Origin: Dipteris shenzhenensis
Lineage: Eukaryota
Length of the DNA: 64,000 bases
NCBI GenBank assembly: GCA_047967505.1
Contig: CM106538.1
Direction: 5' to 3' (one strand)
This document shows, piece by piece, positions 51,441 through 62,925 of this stretch; within the stretch, counting starts at the first letter, position 1; each line of letters begins with the position of its first letter. The translations under genes and the position numbers were made by a program. Under the pieces are notes generated by a model. That model saw only the letters and a program-made list of their open reading frames with translations, was not told the origin of the DNA and did no database searches.

Positions 51441-52757
51441 TATATTGGACTTGACCCCACTCAAGCAAAAATCAACACAATCTCTCTACAACTTTGCAAA
51501 GACCTCCATCACTCTCCTATGTCTATTTCAGCTGTTCAGATTGACAAATTTATCTTTTACAACCTATGACTTCAATCTGACACAAGTCCGACAGGCACAC
51601 ATGAAACATGTTGTGTCATCAACAGAAACATTCAGGTAAGCTCTAATCCCAACCAGCCCAATTCAATCAGTGATGCAAGTAAGGAAAACTTCAAAGAAGC
51701 AAGCACAGTGGTGAGCCTGGCCAACAATAATCTGACAATCATCCAACAAGAAAACATCCGACTCCAACTCCGACTCCGACTCTAACTCCGACCAACATGT
51801 GCAACGTCACTCCCCCATCCAACCTCACTCCGACTCTGACTCTGACTCTGACTCCAACACCTCATCTCACTCCACTTCATGCTAAAGGGGACACTCCGTC
51901 TCTGTTGACTGCTTTTTTGCCATCCGGCTTTGTTCCAACATACTGAAGAACTTCCGACAACCCTTTGACCCTGCTCCACCAACAAGGGAATCTGTCTCAT
52001 GCATACCCCATTCTCCATACAAATGGGACAATCAACAAATGTACACGGTATGAATCGAAAGATTCTCCACAAGCCACTTCACTCGCATGAGGCTCACACC
52101 TCCACATTAGCTGTTTCCACCGACGCACTCCATCATCACAAATACATCCAGCCGTGCTAAATGCAAGCTGATAAGTAGTCCCTCACACACCCCAAAAATC
52201 ACTAGTAGTTCATTGCATGCGCCACTAACAATCCGTCCCTTGAAACACAAGATAGACAGAAGCTTTCCCCACGAGCCCCCCCTACATATGGCACCGAAAC
52301 ACACCATTGTCTCACATTTTCTAACACATTGGAAGAGCCCAAGCCCAGCCCAAGCAACCTTCACCTCTTGAGCATAGCAGCGCTCTTGGATGCAGGCACC
52401 TAAGTTGCATTAATTCGCTCAAATTTTTTTTCCGATTCGAAAAAACGCGAGAAATCGTGATTTTTTTTAATTAAACGAATCCAATGATTTTTCCTAATTT
52501 ATTCGTATGAATAGGTTATTCGTACGAATAAACATAGTATAAATATGAAACAACTGTTATTTTTGGTATTCGTACGAATACATCCAGCTGTATTCTTGAG
52601 CCACCTACTTGCCTGCCTGCCACTTCTTGGTTGCCTACTTGCTACCTCTTGCTTATTTCCATACCTACCATCTCTCGTCATAGGTACCTTACTATACTTT
52701 ACTTTTATTATAGTCTCTTGTTAGTAATCAATATTTCTCTCTCTCTTGTTTTGTTTA

Positions 52758-53360
52758 AGACTGGCACTCATCTCTCTTAGGAGAGTTGTGTGTTGGAGTC
52801 TTTTTAAATTGTTTAATATTTATTTTGTATTGTATTTAAGTGTGTGTCTAGATAGGCTGGCACTCATCTCTCTTGCAAGAGTTGTGTGTTGCAGTTTGTT
52901 TTTATCGTGTGTTGCAATTTTAATTATGATATAAATAATTATCTTTTACATGAGACTGGCACTCATCTCTCTTAAGAGAGTTGTGTGTTGCAATCTCAGT
53001 TTGTATAAAAATGTTTGTTTGTAGGAACTCTTGGGCTAGTCCTCTCTCTTAAGAGAGTTGTGTGTTACAGTCCAAGCTTAGTGATGTTTTCATAGATGCT
53101 TATTCTGACACTCATCTCTCCCTTGAGAGTTGTGTGTTACAGTCTAAGTTTAGAGATGTTTTCAAGTACTTAGTCTGGCACTCAACTGTCTCTTGATAGT
53201 TGTGTATTGCAGTCTAAGTTAGATATCATGTGACCTTGTCTTAGACACTTAGTGTCCTTGGATAGTTGTGTGTTGCAGCCTAAGTTAGAAATCATGCGAT
53301 GTGCTTTTAGACACTTAGTCTGGCACTCAACTGTCCCTTGATAGTTGTGTGTTGCAATTG
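52758..53360 (+). repeat. Array of eight ~44-bp hairpin repeats with 25-55 bp spacers
   Basis: Consensus AGACTGGCACTCATCTCTCTTAAGAGAGTTGTGTGTTGCAGTCT. Copies at about 52758, 52854, 52953, 53033, 53102, 53172, 53250 (partial) and 53317. Confidence 0.9.
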
Positions 53361-53594
53361 AATCCTAGTATTAGATGGTGAAGTCCATGATTAGATTATA
53401 CGTAGGTCATTTTTTGTGTCTTGATTTTCTATAGTATGCTACATGATTTGCGGCTTGAGCTTGAGTTGAGAGGTTATACTTAAGTAATTTCTTAGACTTC
53501 TTGCATTTCTTAGACTACTTGCATTGATTTTCTTATTACACTTGGCACTAAATTCTTTTTTGAATTCTATGTTGTAGCTCATTGCATATGAGAT

Positions 53595-54289
53595 GGTTCA
53601 TGCAGGTGAGAAGAGGAAGTGTCAACAAGCTGATCTCACAAAGTCTCAGAGGAAGGTGTTGAAAAACGAGAATGTACACTTCTTAATGAATGTCGATCAG
53701 GACATCATTGAGAGCTTTCCAAAATGGTGAAAGTGGTGTACAAAATTTGGTGAGGACAATGGCAGAGCATGGAGGGAGGACCTTGTGTGATCGATTTTCA
53801 TATGTTTTCATAGTAGAGTATATAGACCAGTATTTGTACTATTTGTACCACTTACCGATGGAGGGCCGACGATGCCTCGGTCAAATAGATCGAGACATAA
53901 ACTCATGTGACATAAAGTGGGAGGGTCCTGTTGTAGATGCCAAGGTCACGTACATCAAGAATGCGTGGCAAGGTTACAAAGGCAAAGGAGTTGCCTCGAC
54001 CTCCCTTCCATCAATGCACCCACATCCCCAAGCACAACCGCAACCACAAGCATCAATGCACCCATGCCCCCAGTCAGATGCTGCATTACATCCACCACAA
54101 CCACAAGCACCAATGCACACATGTCCCAATCATATGTCGCATTCCACCCAACGTAGCGGCAAGCACCACTGCAGCCACACCACACGTATGCACCAGTGCA
54201 TCCACCACAACATGTCGAACCCTATATCCCTTTTTTCCAAGATATTTTATACCTAGAAGTTCCTCCTCCTTTTTCACATCTCCCACCAC
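53595..54289 (+). pseudogene. Unknown degenerate coding region, probably the 5' part of the kinase-like gene split by the copia
   Basis: Follows a pyrimidine-rich TAG acceptor at about 53577. A Pro/His/Gln-rich tract continues on the far side of the copia at 61547. Confidence 0.4.
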
Positions 54290-54546
54290 TGACAAAATAT
54301 GAAGAGGGGAGAGGAGAAGAGTGGAGATGAGGAGAGAGGGCACAGCTAGAGAGCACACCACAAATGACTAACTGTACACTAGAATTAGTTGAAAAAATAG
54401 AATATATACAAACCCTTTTAGGGTTAGGGTTAGGGGATCTAACCCTTTCCTTTATAGCACTCTATAAGGTTAGTGCTATGCACATATGATCACGTGATGG
54501 TGCTATGCACACATGATCACATGATGTTGAGCGTGAACTCTCAACA
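54290..54546 (-). repeat. 3' LTR, copia family B
   Basis: TG...CA ends, adjacent to the PPT. Confidence 0.95.
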
Positions 54547-54634
54547 CCTTCCCTCAAGATCAACATCATGAAGTAGGCCTTCCCTCAAGATGATGATTCT
54601 GGGGAATCGAAGAAGGACTGAGCATTACATTCCA

Positions 54635-57600
54635 TCACACCCCTTTAATGGGAATGTCCTTCCTCTGCATCAAACCAAGAGCTAGTCGGTGTTTCTCGAA
54701 TAGCTCTTTACCGAGTGGTTTGGTAAAGATGTCTGCAACATTTTCTTTGCTATCACAATGCTGCAGTGTGATGTCACCAAGTAACACTCTTTCTCTGATG
54801 AAGTGCTCTCTGACATCAATGTGCTTTGTTCTGGAGTGATACACTGGATTTTTGGCCAATGCTTGAGCCGATTGATTATCACAGTATATTGTTGTTGGCT
54901 TTGACTCATCAAAGTAATCTGTTTCTGACAATAGTCTTCTGAGCCATATAGCCTCACATGCACCTGTAGTGAGTGCTCTATATTCTGCTTCAGTCGAAGA
55001 CAAGAAACAGTTGGCTGTTTGTTTGACAACCATGATATAGCACCTTGACCAAGGAAAAATGCATATCCCTGTGTCGATCTCCTAGTCTCATGATCTCCAG
55101 CATAGTCACTATCACAGTATCCATGCAACCGTGGATGACTTCCTCTGTATTCTATCCCAAATTGTCTTGTACCTCTGATGTATCTCAAGACTCTTTTGGC
55201 TGCATTCCAGTGAGACTGTTTTGGATTTGCCATAAACTGTGCTAGTGAGCTTACTGCATAACAAATATCTGGCCGTGTGATTGTCAGATATATAAGAGAT
55301 CCAATGAGTTGCCTGTAGTATCTGTCATTGACTGTAGGCTTTTTTGAATCTTTAGTAAGTTTCAAACTCTGTTCCATGGGAGTGGCTGCAATCTTGCAAT
55401 CTGCCATATGAAACTTCTTTAGGAGACTGTCAACATATTTGAGCTGACTCATGAATGTGCTATCTGAATCTCTCCAGAACTCAATTCCAAGACAATAGTG
55501 CATAAGTCCAAGATCTTTCATGTCGAACTCTGCAGATAAGTCTTGTTTTAGCTTTCTGATGAAGCTATCCTTGCTTCCTGTCACAATCAGATCATCTACG
55601 TACAAAAGTGCAATAGTAATATCTTCCCCTTGAACTTTGTAGTAGAGAGTATGATCTGCATTGGACTTCATGTATCCCAGATCAGCAAAATACTTATCAA
55701 TTCTGCTGTACCAACTTTTGGGTGCTTGCTTTAAGCCATAGAGACTTTTCTTGAGATGGCAAACCTTGTTCTCCTGTCCTGGTTCAACATAACCGGCTGG
55801 TTGTTGCATGTAGACTTCCTCGTCTAGATAACCATTGAGAAATGCATTCTTGACATCGAGCTGATACACATTCCATTTACTGAGTGTCGCTAGTGATATC
55901 AAGAACCGTATGGAATCCATCTTTGCTACTGGAGCATAAGTCTCATCATAATCTTGACCATATTGTTGTGCAAATCCTTTTGCAACTAATCTGGCTTTGT
56001 ATCTTTGAATACTGCCATCTGGATTGTACTTCACTTTGTATACCCATTTGTTGGCTATGGCCTTCTTTCCTGATGGAAGGTCGCATAATTCCCAAGTGTT
56101 GTTTTTATACAAAGCATCCATTTCTTCATTCATTGCAGTTTGCCATTCTGGCTTATCTACTGCGTCTTCGAAGTACACTGGCTCTTCTGTAGCCATGATG
56201 GTAGTCATAAGAGCATAGTTGGTGGTTTCCACCTGAATTGCTTTGCCTTTTTGAGCATATGTCAATCTGGCTGGTGGTCTGCTTTCCCTAGTAGACCGTC
56301 TGAGCTGCTGTGACGCTGATTGGGGTGTTGCTGGCAATTCTTGCTCTTCTTCATCAACCTGTTCTGTAGATGACTGTGAAGTCGATGCTTCTATCTCCTG
56401 TGTAGGTGAGGTTTTCCATGCTGATTCCTCATCAAAGATTACATCTCTGGAGATAATGACTTTGCGGTTGATGGGATCATACAATTTGTATGCTTTACTT
56501 TCTTCACTGTAGCCAACCATGATGCATTTGCGTGACTTCGCATCCAATTTCCTGCGATGATCATCATGTATGTGGGCATATGCTATGCAACCAAATATGC
56601 GGAGATGCCCAATGCGTGGCTTGTGTCCAGTGAATGCTTCATAAGGAGTCATACCTTGTATCGGTTCGGTAGGAAGCCGATTAAGCAAGTAGTTAGCTGT
56701 AGCTATTGCTTCTGCCCAATACTGATTCGGAAGATGCTTTTCACTAAGCATTGCTCTAGCACTGTCTGCTAAAGTCCCATTCTTCCTTTCAGCTATTGCA
56801 TTTTGCTGAGGAGTATCTGCACATGTGAATTGTCTTCGAATGCCGTGATTTTTGCAAAAGTTCATGAAGGCTGAAGACATGTATTCACCTCCTCTGTCTG
56901 ATCTCATGACCTTGATCTTTCTGCCTGTTTGGTTTTCTACCATGGCTTTGAATTCTTGAAATCTGGCAAACACTTCAGATTTCTCTTTCAGAAAGTAAAC
57001 CCAACAATATCTGCTGTAGTCGTCGATGAAGGTCAAGTAATAAAGTGAACCATTGATGCTGCGGGTCTGGGCATAACCCCATACATCTGTATGAATCAAA
57101 TCAAGAATACCTCGTGCACGAGAGGTACTTCTGACAAAGTTGGTTCGCTTTTGTTTGCCGAAGCAGCATGCTTCACAAACCTTTCCAAGAAACTGTAGCT
57201 TCGGAATCCCAATTGCCATATTTTGATTCCTTAGATCTAACAAGTACTTGAAGTTGACATGACCATATCTCTTGTGCCATTTTGCAGATAGTGGCATCTA
57301 TTGCATTTGAGCTGACATGGCATGCTTATCTGGTACTGTAGCTAGCATCCTGTATAAGCATCCTTCCTTGACACCTTTTGCTACTAGCTGACCTCTTTTG
57401 GATTTGTCTCTGATAGTGCATTCATCACCGTCGAAGATGACTTTGTAGTTGTGTTCCGTCATTTGACCTACTGACAAAAGGTTCTTGCTGAGCTTCGGAA
57501 CATAGAGCACATCTTTGACTAATCCTTTTGTACCAGTGAAATTGTTCATAGGGATAACACCTGTCCCTTGAACCGGATTCGGTGTATTGTCTGCTGTATA

Positions 57601-58878
57601 GATGACATTCTTTTGACCTTCTAATGGCTTCATTTCTGTGAACCATTCCTGATGATTTGTCATATGAGATGATGCACCGCTGTCGATGTACCAAGGATCC
57701 TGTTCCACTTGGTCGACTTGATAGCTGAAATCCTCTTTGGGATTGAAATCAGTGTCTTGGTGCATTGTATCAGTCTGATGCAATTCCTCACTTGCAAGAA
57801 ACATATTGCCATGTTCATTTGCAAAATGACTGTGACTAGAATGTCCACCACGATGATTTCCTCTTCCTCGGGAATTCCCTCTATTACTGTTGGATTGACC
57901 GCCTTGGTCATACTGCTTCTTGCGGCAATCTCTTTCATAGTGTCCAAACTTGTGACAATAGTTGCATTGAATGTTTGACACATTGGTGGATGCATTCCCT
58001 CGTCCTTGGAATCTTCCTCTGTTGGAATGATTTCCTCTTTGCTGATTTTGATGTTGCTGAGGATGCTGCTGATGCTGATGCTGATTCTGACTTTGATTTT
58101 GACCACTTTTCTGATATGATCTACCTCTGTTTCTGCCTTTGCCTCTGCTTTTGTCTGAAGCGGTGAATGCTTGATCATTAGAATGACCTTTACGTGCTTG
58201 AATGGCCTGAGTCCTGAGTTCTTCACCAAGTAGAACTGACTGAAGTTCTTCCAGTGTTGGAATTTGCCGTTGGATGGCAATACTCTGGACTAGATTCTCA
58301 TATCCTTCTCCTAGTCCATTCAGGATTACTTGAACCATTTCTGCGGGATTCATAGTTTCTCCTACTGCTGCAAGTTGATTGTTGTAGTCTTTGATGCGGA
58401 GTACATAAGCATGACCGGTTTCACTGCTGTTGCGGAAACTCTGGTTGATCTGGTTTCTCAAGGTGAGAATCCTGGATGTGTTCTTGGACTCGTAGAGAGC
58501 TGCGAACATATCCCATGCTTCTTTTGATGTCTTGACTGTGTTGAGCTGTCCTAGCATGACATCTTGCACGTTCTGCTTGATCAGGTGATAGGCATACTTA
58601 TCTTTCTTATCCCATTCTGCTTGAGCTCGGGCAATGGCAGGATCTGCTACTGGTGCGGAAACTGTTTGTGTAGATGTAGATCCCGTTGCTGGTGCTGTGA
58701 CATCAGATGGAGTAGAGCTACTGGTGGCTGGATCGGCCAATGGTCTAGGTATGGATCCATCGACATACTCCCATTTGTCCTGAAGCACAAGAATGGTCTC
58801 CATTCGGTATTTCCATGTACCGTAATTGGAGTTGTCTAACTTAGCAGATGCCTCCAGATTGAGGTTGCTAGTCGACAT
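54635..58878 (-). pseudogene. copia gag-pol with one in-frame TAG (57298-57300) and one frameshift in RNase H (near 55010)
   Basis: MSTSNLNL at 58878, CNYCHKFGHYERDC, WYIDSGASSHM, HTDVWG..IDDYSR..RSDRGGEY, LDVKNAFL, YVDD, CDSDYAG and RTKHIDVR. Confidence 0.93.
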
Positions 58879-59684
58879 GGTGCAAACAATGTACTCAAAA
58901 GTGTCCTGAAAAAACTCTGTATGAATCAACTGCAAATATACTGAAGATGCCAAGTGAAATCTCTGTACCGTCGGTGAAGATAGAACTGCAGTAAATAAGA
59001 TCTGACCTGTGTTACAAGGCTTGTGGCAATGATGCCGGGAATAGCCAAGAGGCTTTACAAGGCTGAAAATGATGTGCACGATGCCGTGAGATAGCCAAAT
59101 AGGCTTTACAATGGTGGCATGTGTGTGTGAAATCAAGTGCTATCTGCCCACTGAATCAATCTGCAATGCCTCTGAACTCTGAAGTCTGCTCACTGAACTG
59201 ATGAACGTAAGGTTTCAGGTAATGTAATGATGTGAAATCGGATGTGAGCGTATGGACTGACTCCGAGTAGGTACTAGTCGGGAATTTTGGGCATGGCTTA
59301 GATTGGCAACTTGGGGAATTCAAAGCGTCCCCTCTATGGCGATCTAGTCTACTCTGATCTAGATCTAAACCAACCGTCGATCGATGAAAGAACAGCAAAT
59401 AATTCCTTTTCCTTTGTTCTTTTTTAAGTGCTGGGTCAGATGCGTCGATGTAGAGGCAAATGTGCGTGAAGGAAGTGGTTTTGTCGGCGAGGCTCAAATG
59501 TGAGTGTAACTTGCGCCGAAATGTGCGCGTGATGTAACGAGCGCGTAGAGCACAAAAAATCGAGCGACTTTCCTTTTTGGAGCACCCTCAAATTCTTCCT
59601 GGATCAAGAGATATGACTTGATCTAGGTGGAGGGGCAAAAGGAGTGCAAATGGTGCTCAATGATGATGTGTCACTGTGAGTCAC

Positions 59685-60130
59685 ATGCAGTGATGATGTG
59701 GCACTGTGCTTAGCAAGAGGTGTGCCAGTGAAGCTCTGTGCTGAGGTGGCAGTGCTGAGGTGTCACTAATGACGTGGCACTGATGACGTGGCAATGATGA
59801 CGTGGCACAGATGACATGGCACAAGTGACATGGCAAATGACATGGCCTGATGACGTGTCACTGATGACGTGGTAGGTGACGTGGCTGATGACGTGTCACT
59901 GATGATGTGGCAGGTGACGTGGCTGATGACGTGTCACTGATGACGTGGCAGGTGACGTGGCTGATGACGTGTCACTGATGACGTGGCAGGTGATGTGGCA
60001 GTCGGTGCTGACGTGGCAGTCGTGCTGACGTGGCAGATAAGACAGGTACACGTGGCACTTCCGGGTGCCTGATGACGTGGCAATTGGAGATAAGGGTTGC
60101 CACGTGGCAAAACGCTATCTGCCACGTGTC
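59685..60130. repeat. Tandem array of TGACGTG(G/T)C motifs in the copia leader
   Basis: About 16 exact TGACGTG, 3 CACGTG, and CpG-decayed TGACAT/TGATGT variants at 12-14 bp spacing. Confidence 0.92.
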
Positions 60131-60558
60131 AAAACGCGAGGCACCGGAATCTACCCAAGATTCTGACGGAATCTTGGAGATTCCGTCGTCTTCTCCGTTG
60201 ATGGAGGCGGCCGTCGAGCCCGTTGGCTGTGCTGTGGGCTATCGTAGGAGCCGTCCGCTTCGTTGAAGAAGACTCGTTGATGAGCTTGTTGATGGGAGCC
60301 TTCGCGGCTGTGTGCAGATGGAGGGGCGCTTCGTTGTTGCGTTGCAAGCCTGTGGTTGAAGGCTATGGCGCCACAGAACGTGGTTGGCTAGGCCTATCGG
60401 AGCTGGCGATTCAGCAGAATGCGCAGGGGCTGGTGCCAAAAGTGGAGCCAAGCTAGAAGCCGTTGGAGCTAAGCATCGTAGTCATTGCAGGTGAGACGGC
60501 TGAGGCGTCGCTGAAGGAGGCAAACTTTCGAAGCTGGTCGTTTGGAGGCGCGTAGGAG

Positions 60559-60849
60559 ATGTTGGATGCCGATAACATCTTCCTGCGCAACACCGACGAG
60601 CTGTTTCAATGCGGCCAATTCTACGCAGTATTCATCAATCCTTGCATCTTCCACACAGGCTTGTTTGTTCTCGAGCCGTCTCAAGCAACTTTCAAGAGCT
60701 TGCTTGATGGATTACAATCCAAGGAGAATCCCGATGGCGCGGATCAAGGCTACTTGATGGCCCAATTCGATGACTTGCTTGGAAGGCCTCTGTTCGTGCC
60801 GCCTCCCAACAATTCCAAAGTTAATGGATTCTATCGTCTGCCATTGGGC
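60559..60849 (+). pseudogene. PGSIP7/8: Captured fragment of a plant GT8 glycosyltransferase (PGSIP7/PGSIP8-type)
   Basis: MLDADNIFLRNTDELFQCGQFYAVFINPCIFHTGLFVLEPS...NPDGADQGYL...DLL..PLF.PP....RLPLG, containing the DxD motif and the GT8 DQG motif. It is antisense to, and inside, the copia. Confidence 0.88.
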
Positions 60850-61289
60850 TGCGCTGCTTCGAAGGAGGCTATGGCTTTGCTGAAGAAGGACGTCGCCATC
60901 CCGTTGGCGTAGAAGCCTTGTAGCGCAACACTTTCTTTGCTGTGTCGTAGCTCTTTGGAGACAAGTTTTCCCTCAAACTAGAATGTCAATTCTCTCCCAC
61001 AAGGACAAAGAGATAACAATTCTCAAGAGTGAAACTCTCACAATCAATGAAGAATCTCTCTCTCTCTCTCAACTCAAGAAACACTCAAAGGAAGGAACTA
61101 AAATCTCTCAAGAATGAACTCAAAGAAAGAAGAATGGACGGAAATTTCTTCTCAATGACGGAAATTTCTCTCAACGGAAGTGAAGGGAAAGATCTCACAA
61201 TCACTCAAGAGAACTCTCAATCTCACAATCTCTCTCACACTCTCAAGAAACTCAATGTCTCAACGGAAGACAAGGGAGCTCTGATACCA

Positions 61290-61546
61290 TGACAAAATAT
61301 GAAGAGGGGAGAGGAGAAGAGTGGAGATGAGGAGAGAGGGCACAGCTAGAGAGCACACCACAAATGACTAACTGTACACTAGAATTAGTTGAAAAAATAG
61401 AATATATACAAACCCTTTTAGGGTTAGGGTTAGGGGATCTAACCCTTTCCTTTATAGCACTCTATAAGGTTAGTGCTATGCACATATGATCACGTGATGG
61501 TGCTATGCACACATGATCACATGATGTTGAGCGTGAACTCTCAACA
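61290..61546 (-). repeat. 5' LTR, copia family B
   Basis: Identical by eye to 54290-54546 and adjacent to the PBS. Confidence 0.95.
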
Positions 61547-61804
61547 CACATGCACGATCACATTTCACCACATCTTTTGTGCCTCCATTTGTGCCTCCTA
61601 CTGCATGCGCAAACCAATTTTCATCTCTCGTATTTTTTCCTGCACCACAAATGCACAATCTATCTGCACAAGTAAATATATTTCCATCTCCATTCTCGCC
61701 TGCACAAGCACCACACACATCACATGGCTTGCATGATCATGTAGAAGTGCCAAGACCCATGCGGCCCATACTACTTCAGCGACGAGACATCCGATTCATG
61801 CCTA

Positions 61805-62400
61805 GTGCTGCTGTGCTGTCCCGTTGATGCATTGAAGGCCAGCACATTGGAAGTAGCCACATGCTTGGGCAATGTCATACATCCAGTCATCATCTGGGCA
61901 ATAGGTCTAGTCCATGATGATAACCCAATGATACTATTTCCGTTTTGGAATGGAAATCATTTGGAAAGATGGCTAACCTACCTCAGACATGACGAAAAGC
62001 GACCATCTCCGGTGTTTCACAGAGATGATGCAGAAATGCCTGCTAGAGCTCCATGGGTCCCTCAGCATGTATTTGATATTTTAAGTGCACTAGTTCTCAC
62101 TATTCATTACATGCACTAACACAATGTCCCGCATAATGATTTGCATGCGCAAAACATTATGCTACACTTCTTGGAGTCATTTGAGGAGGTGTATTTGGGC
62201 ATTTGTGATTGGGGAATGATGACCCCATGCAGCACTAAAAAGCACTATCCCGCATTACTCAGTGACAGCCCCAACACTATGCGAAGCTCCATTGCTAGGT
62301 TTCATCATGTTGCTCCAGAGTGCCTTTGCACCAATCCCCCACCTTTCGATGTTGCATAGGATGTGTATGCCATGTCTCATCACATCTTGAAAATCTTGGA
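61805..62400 (+). pseudogene. Protein kinase-like pseudogene (catalytic lobe)
   Basis: FPFWNG hinge, HNDLHAQN catalytic loop (62132), CDWG (62207), VAPE (62309) and DVYA. In-frame stops at 62117 and 62357. Confidence 0.78.
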
Positions 62401-62699
62401 CATTTGTGCACCATCGCCAAGTACGGGGCCCGCAGAAGCTCTAATCGGGCATGTACGATGATTTGCAATTCAAGGAAAGTCAATCGAACCGAATAGATGT
62501 CCGAGTACTGCAGATTTTTATGGGATTTTTGACATTGCTCCAAGATGTGGTATACAGCTCAGTCCAAACCAAGGACTTAGAGCAGCCAATGACTGAGTCT
62601 TTCTTGGACGCCAAGATGTAACATGAGTCAATCATGGAACTTGTAACATTTTTAGTTTTATATATCATCCACTCTATTGTTCAAACAGTTTGTATATTT

Positions 62700-62925
62700 A
62701 CAATGACATGATAAATGATGCGATAAGTAATATTTAAATATTGTTTGTATAAGTAAATGATGCAATAAAAATGATGATCCAATTGTCAAATATGATAAAT
62801 GGTGCAATAATTAATGTTTAAATATTATTTGTATAACTGAATGTTGTGATAAAAATGATGGTCCAATTTTAAAATATGATAAATGATGCGACAATAAATA
62901 TCTAGGTATTATTTGTATAGGTTTA
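62700..62925. repeat. AT-rich ~83-bp degenerate tandem repeat (about 3 copies)
   Basis: ATGATAAATG.TGC.A.AA..AAT.T.TA..TATT.TTTGTATA recurs. Confidence 0.65.

Larger units (their letters stand above)
54290..61546 (-). mobile_element. Young Ty1/copia LTR retrotransposon, family B
   Basis: 257-bp LTRs at 61290-61546 (5') and 54290-54546 (3') look identical. PBS at 61278-61289 (TGGTATCAGAGC on the minus strand), PPT GAGGGAAGG at 54547-54555, and gag-pol between them. Confidence 0.97.

Noticed and set aside
52758-53360. True CRISPR array
   Set aside because: The context is eukaryotic, no cas genes are present, the repeats are degenerate and long, and the distal spacers resemble each other.
57295-57303. 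Programmed stop-codon readthrough at CAA-TAG-ATG in copia B
   Set aside because: The 3' context is not CARYYA, the site lies after the protease rather than at the gag/pol boundary, and the older copy has a sense codon here.
58879-59136. N-terminal extension of copia B gag given in the ORF track
   Set aside because: It starts at a non-ATG codon. Gag-like sequence begins at the ATG at 58878.
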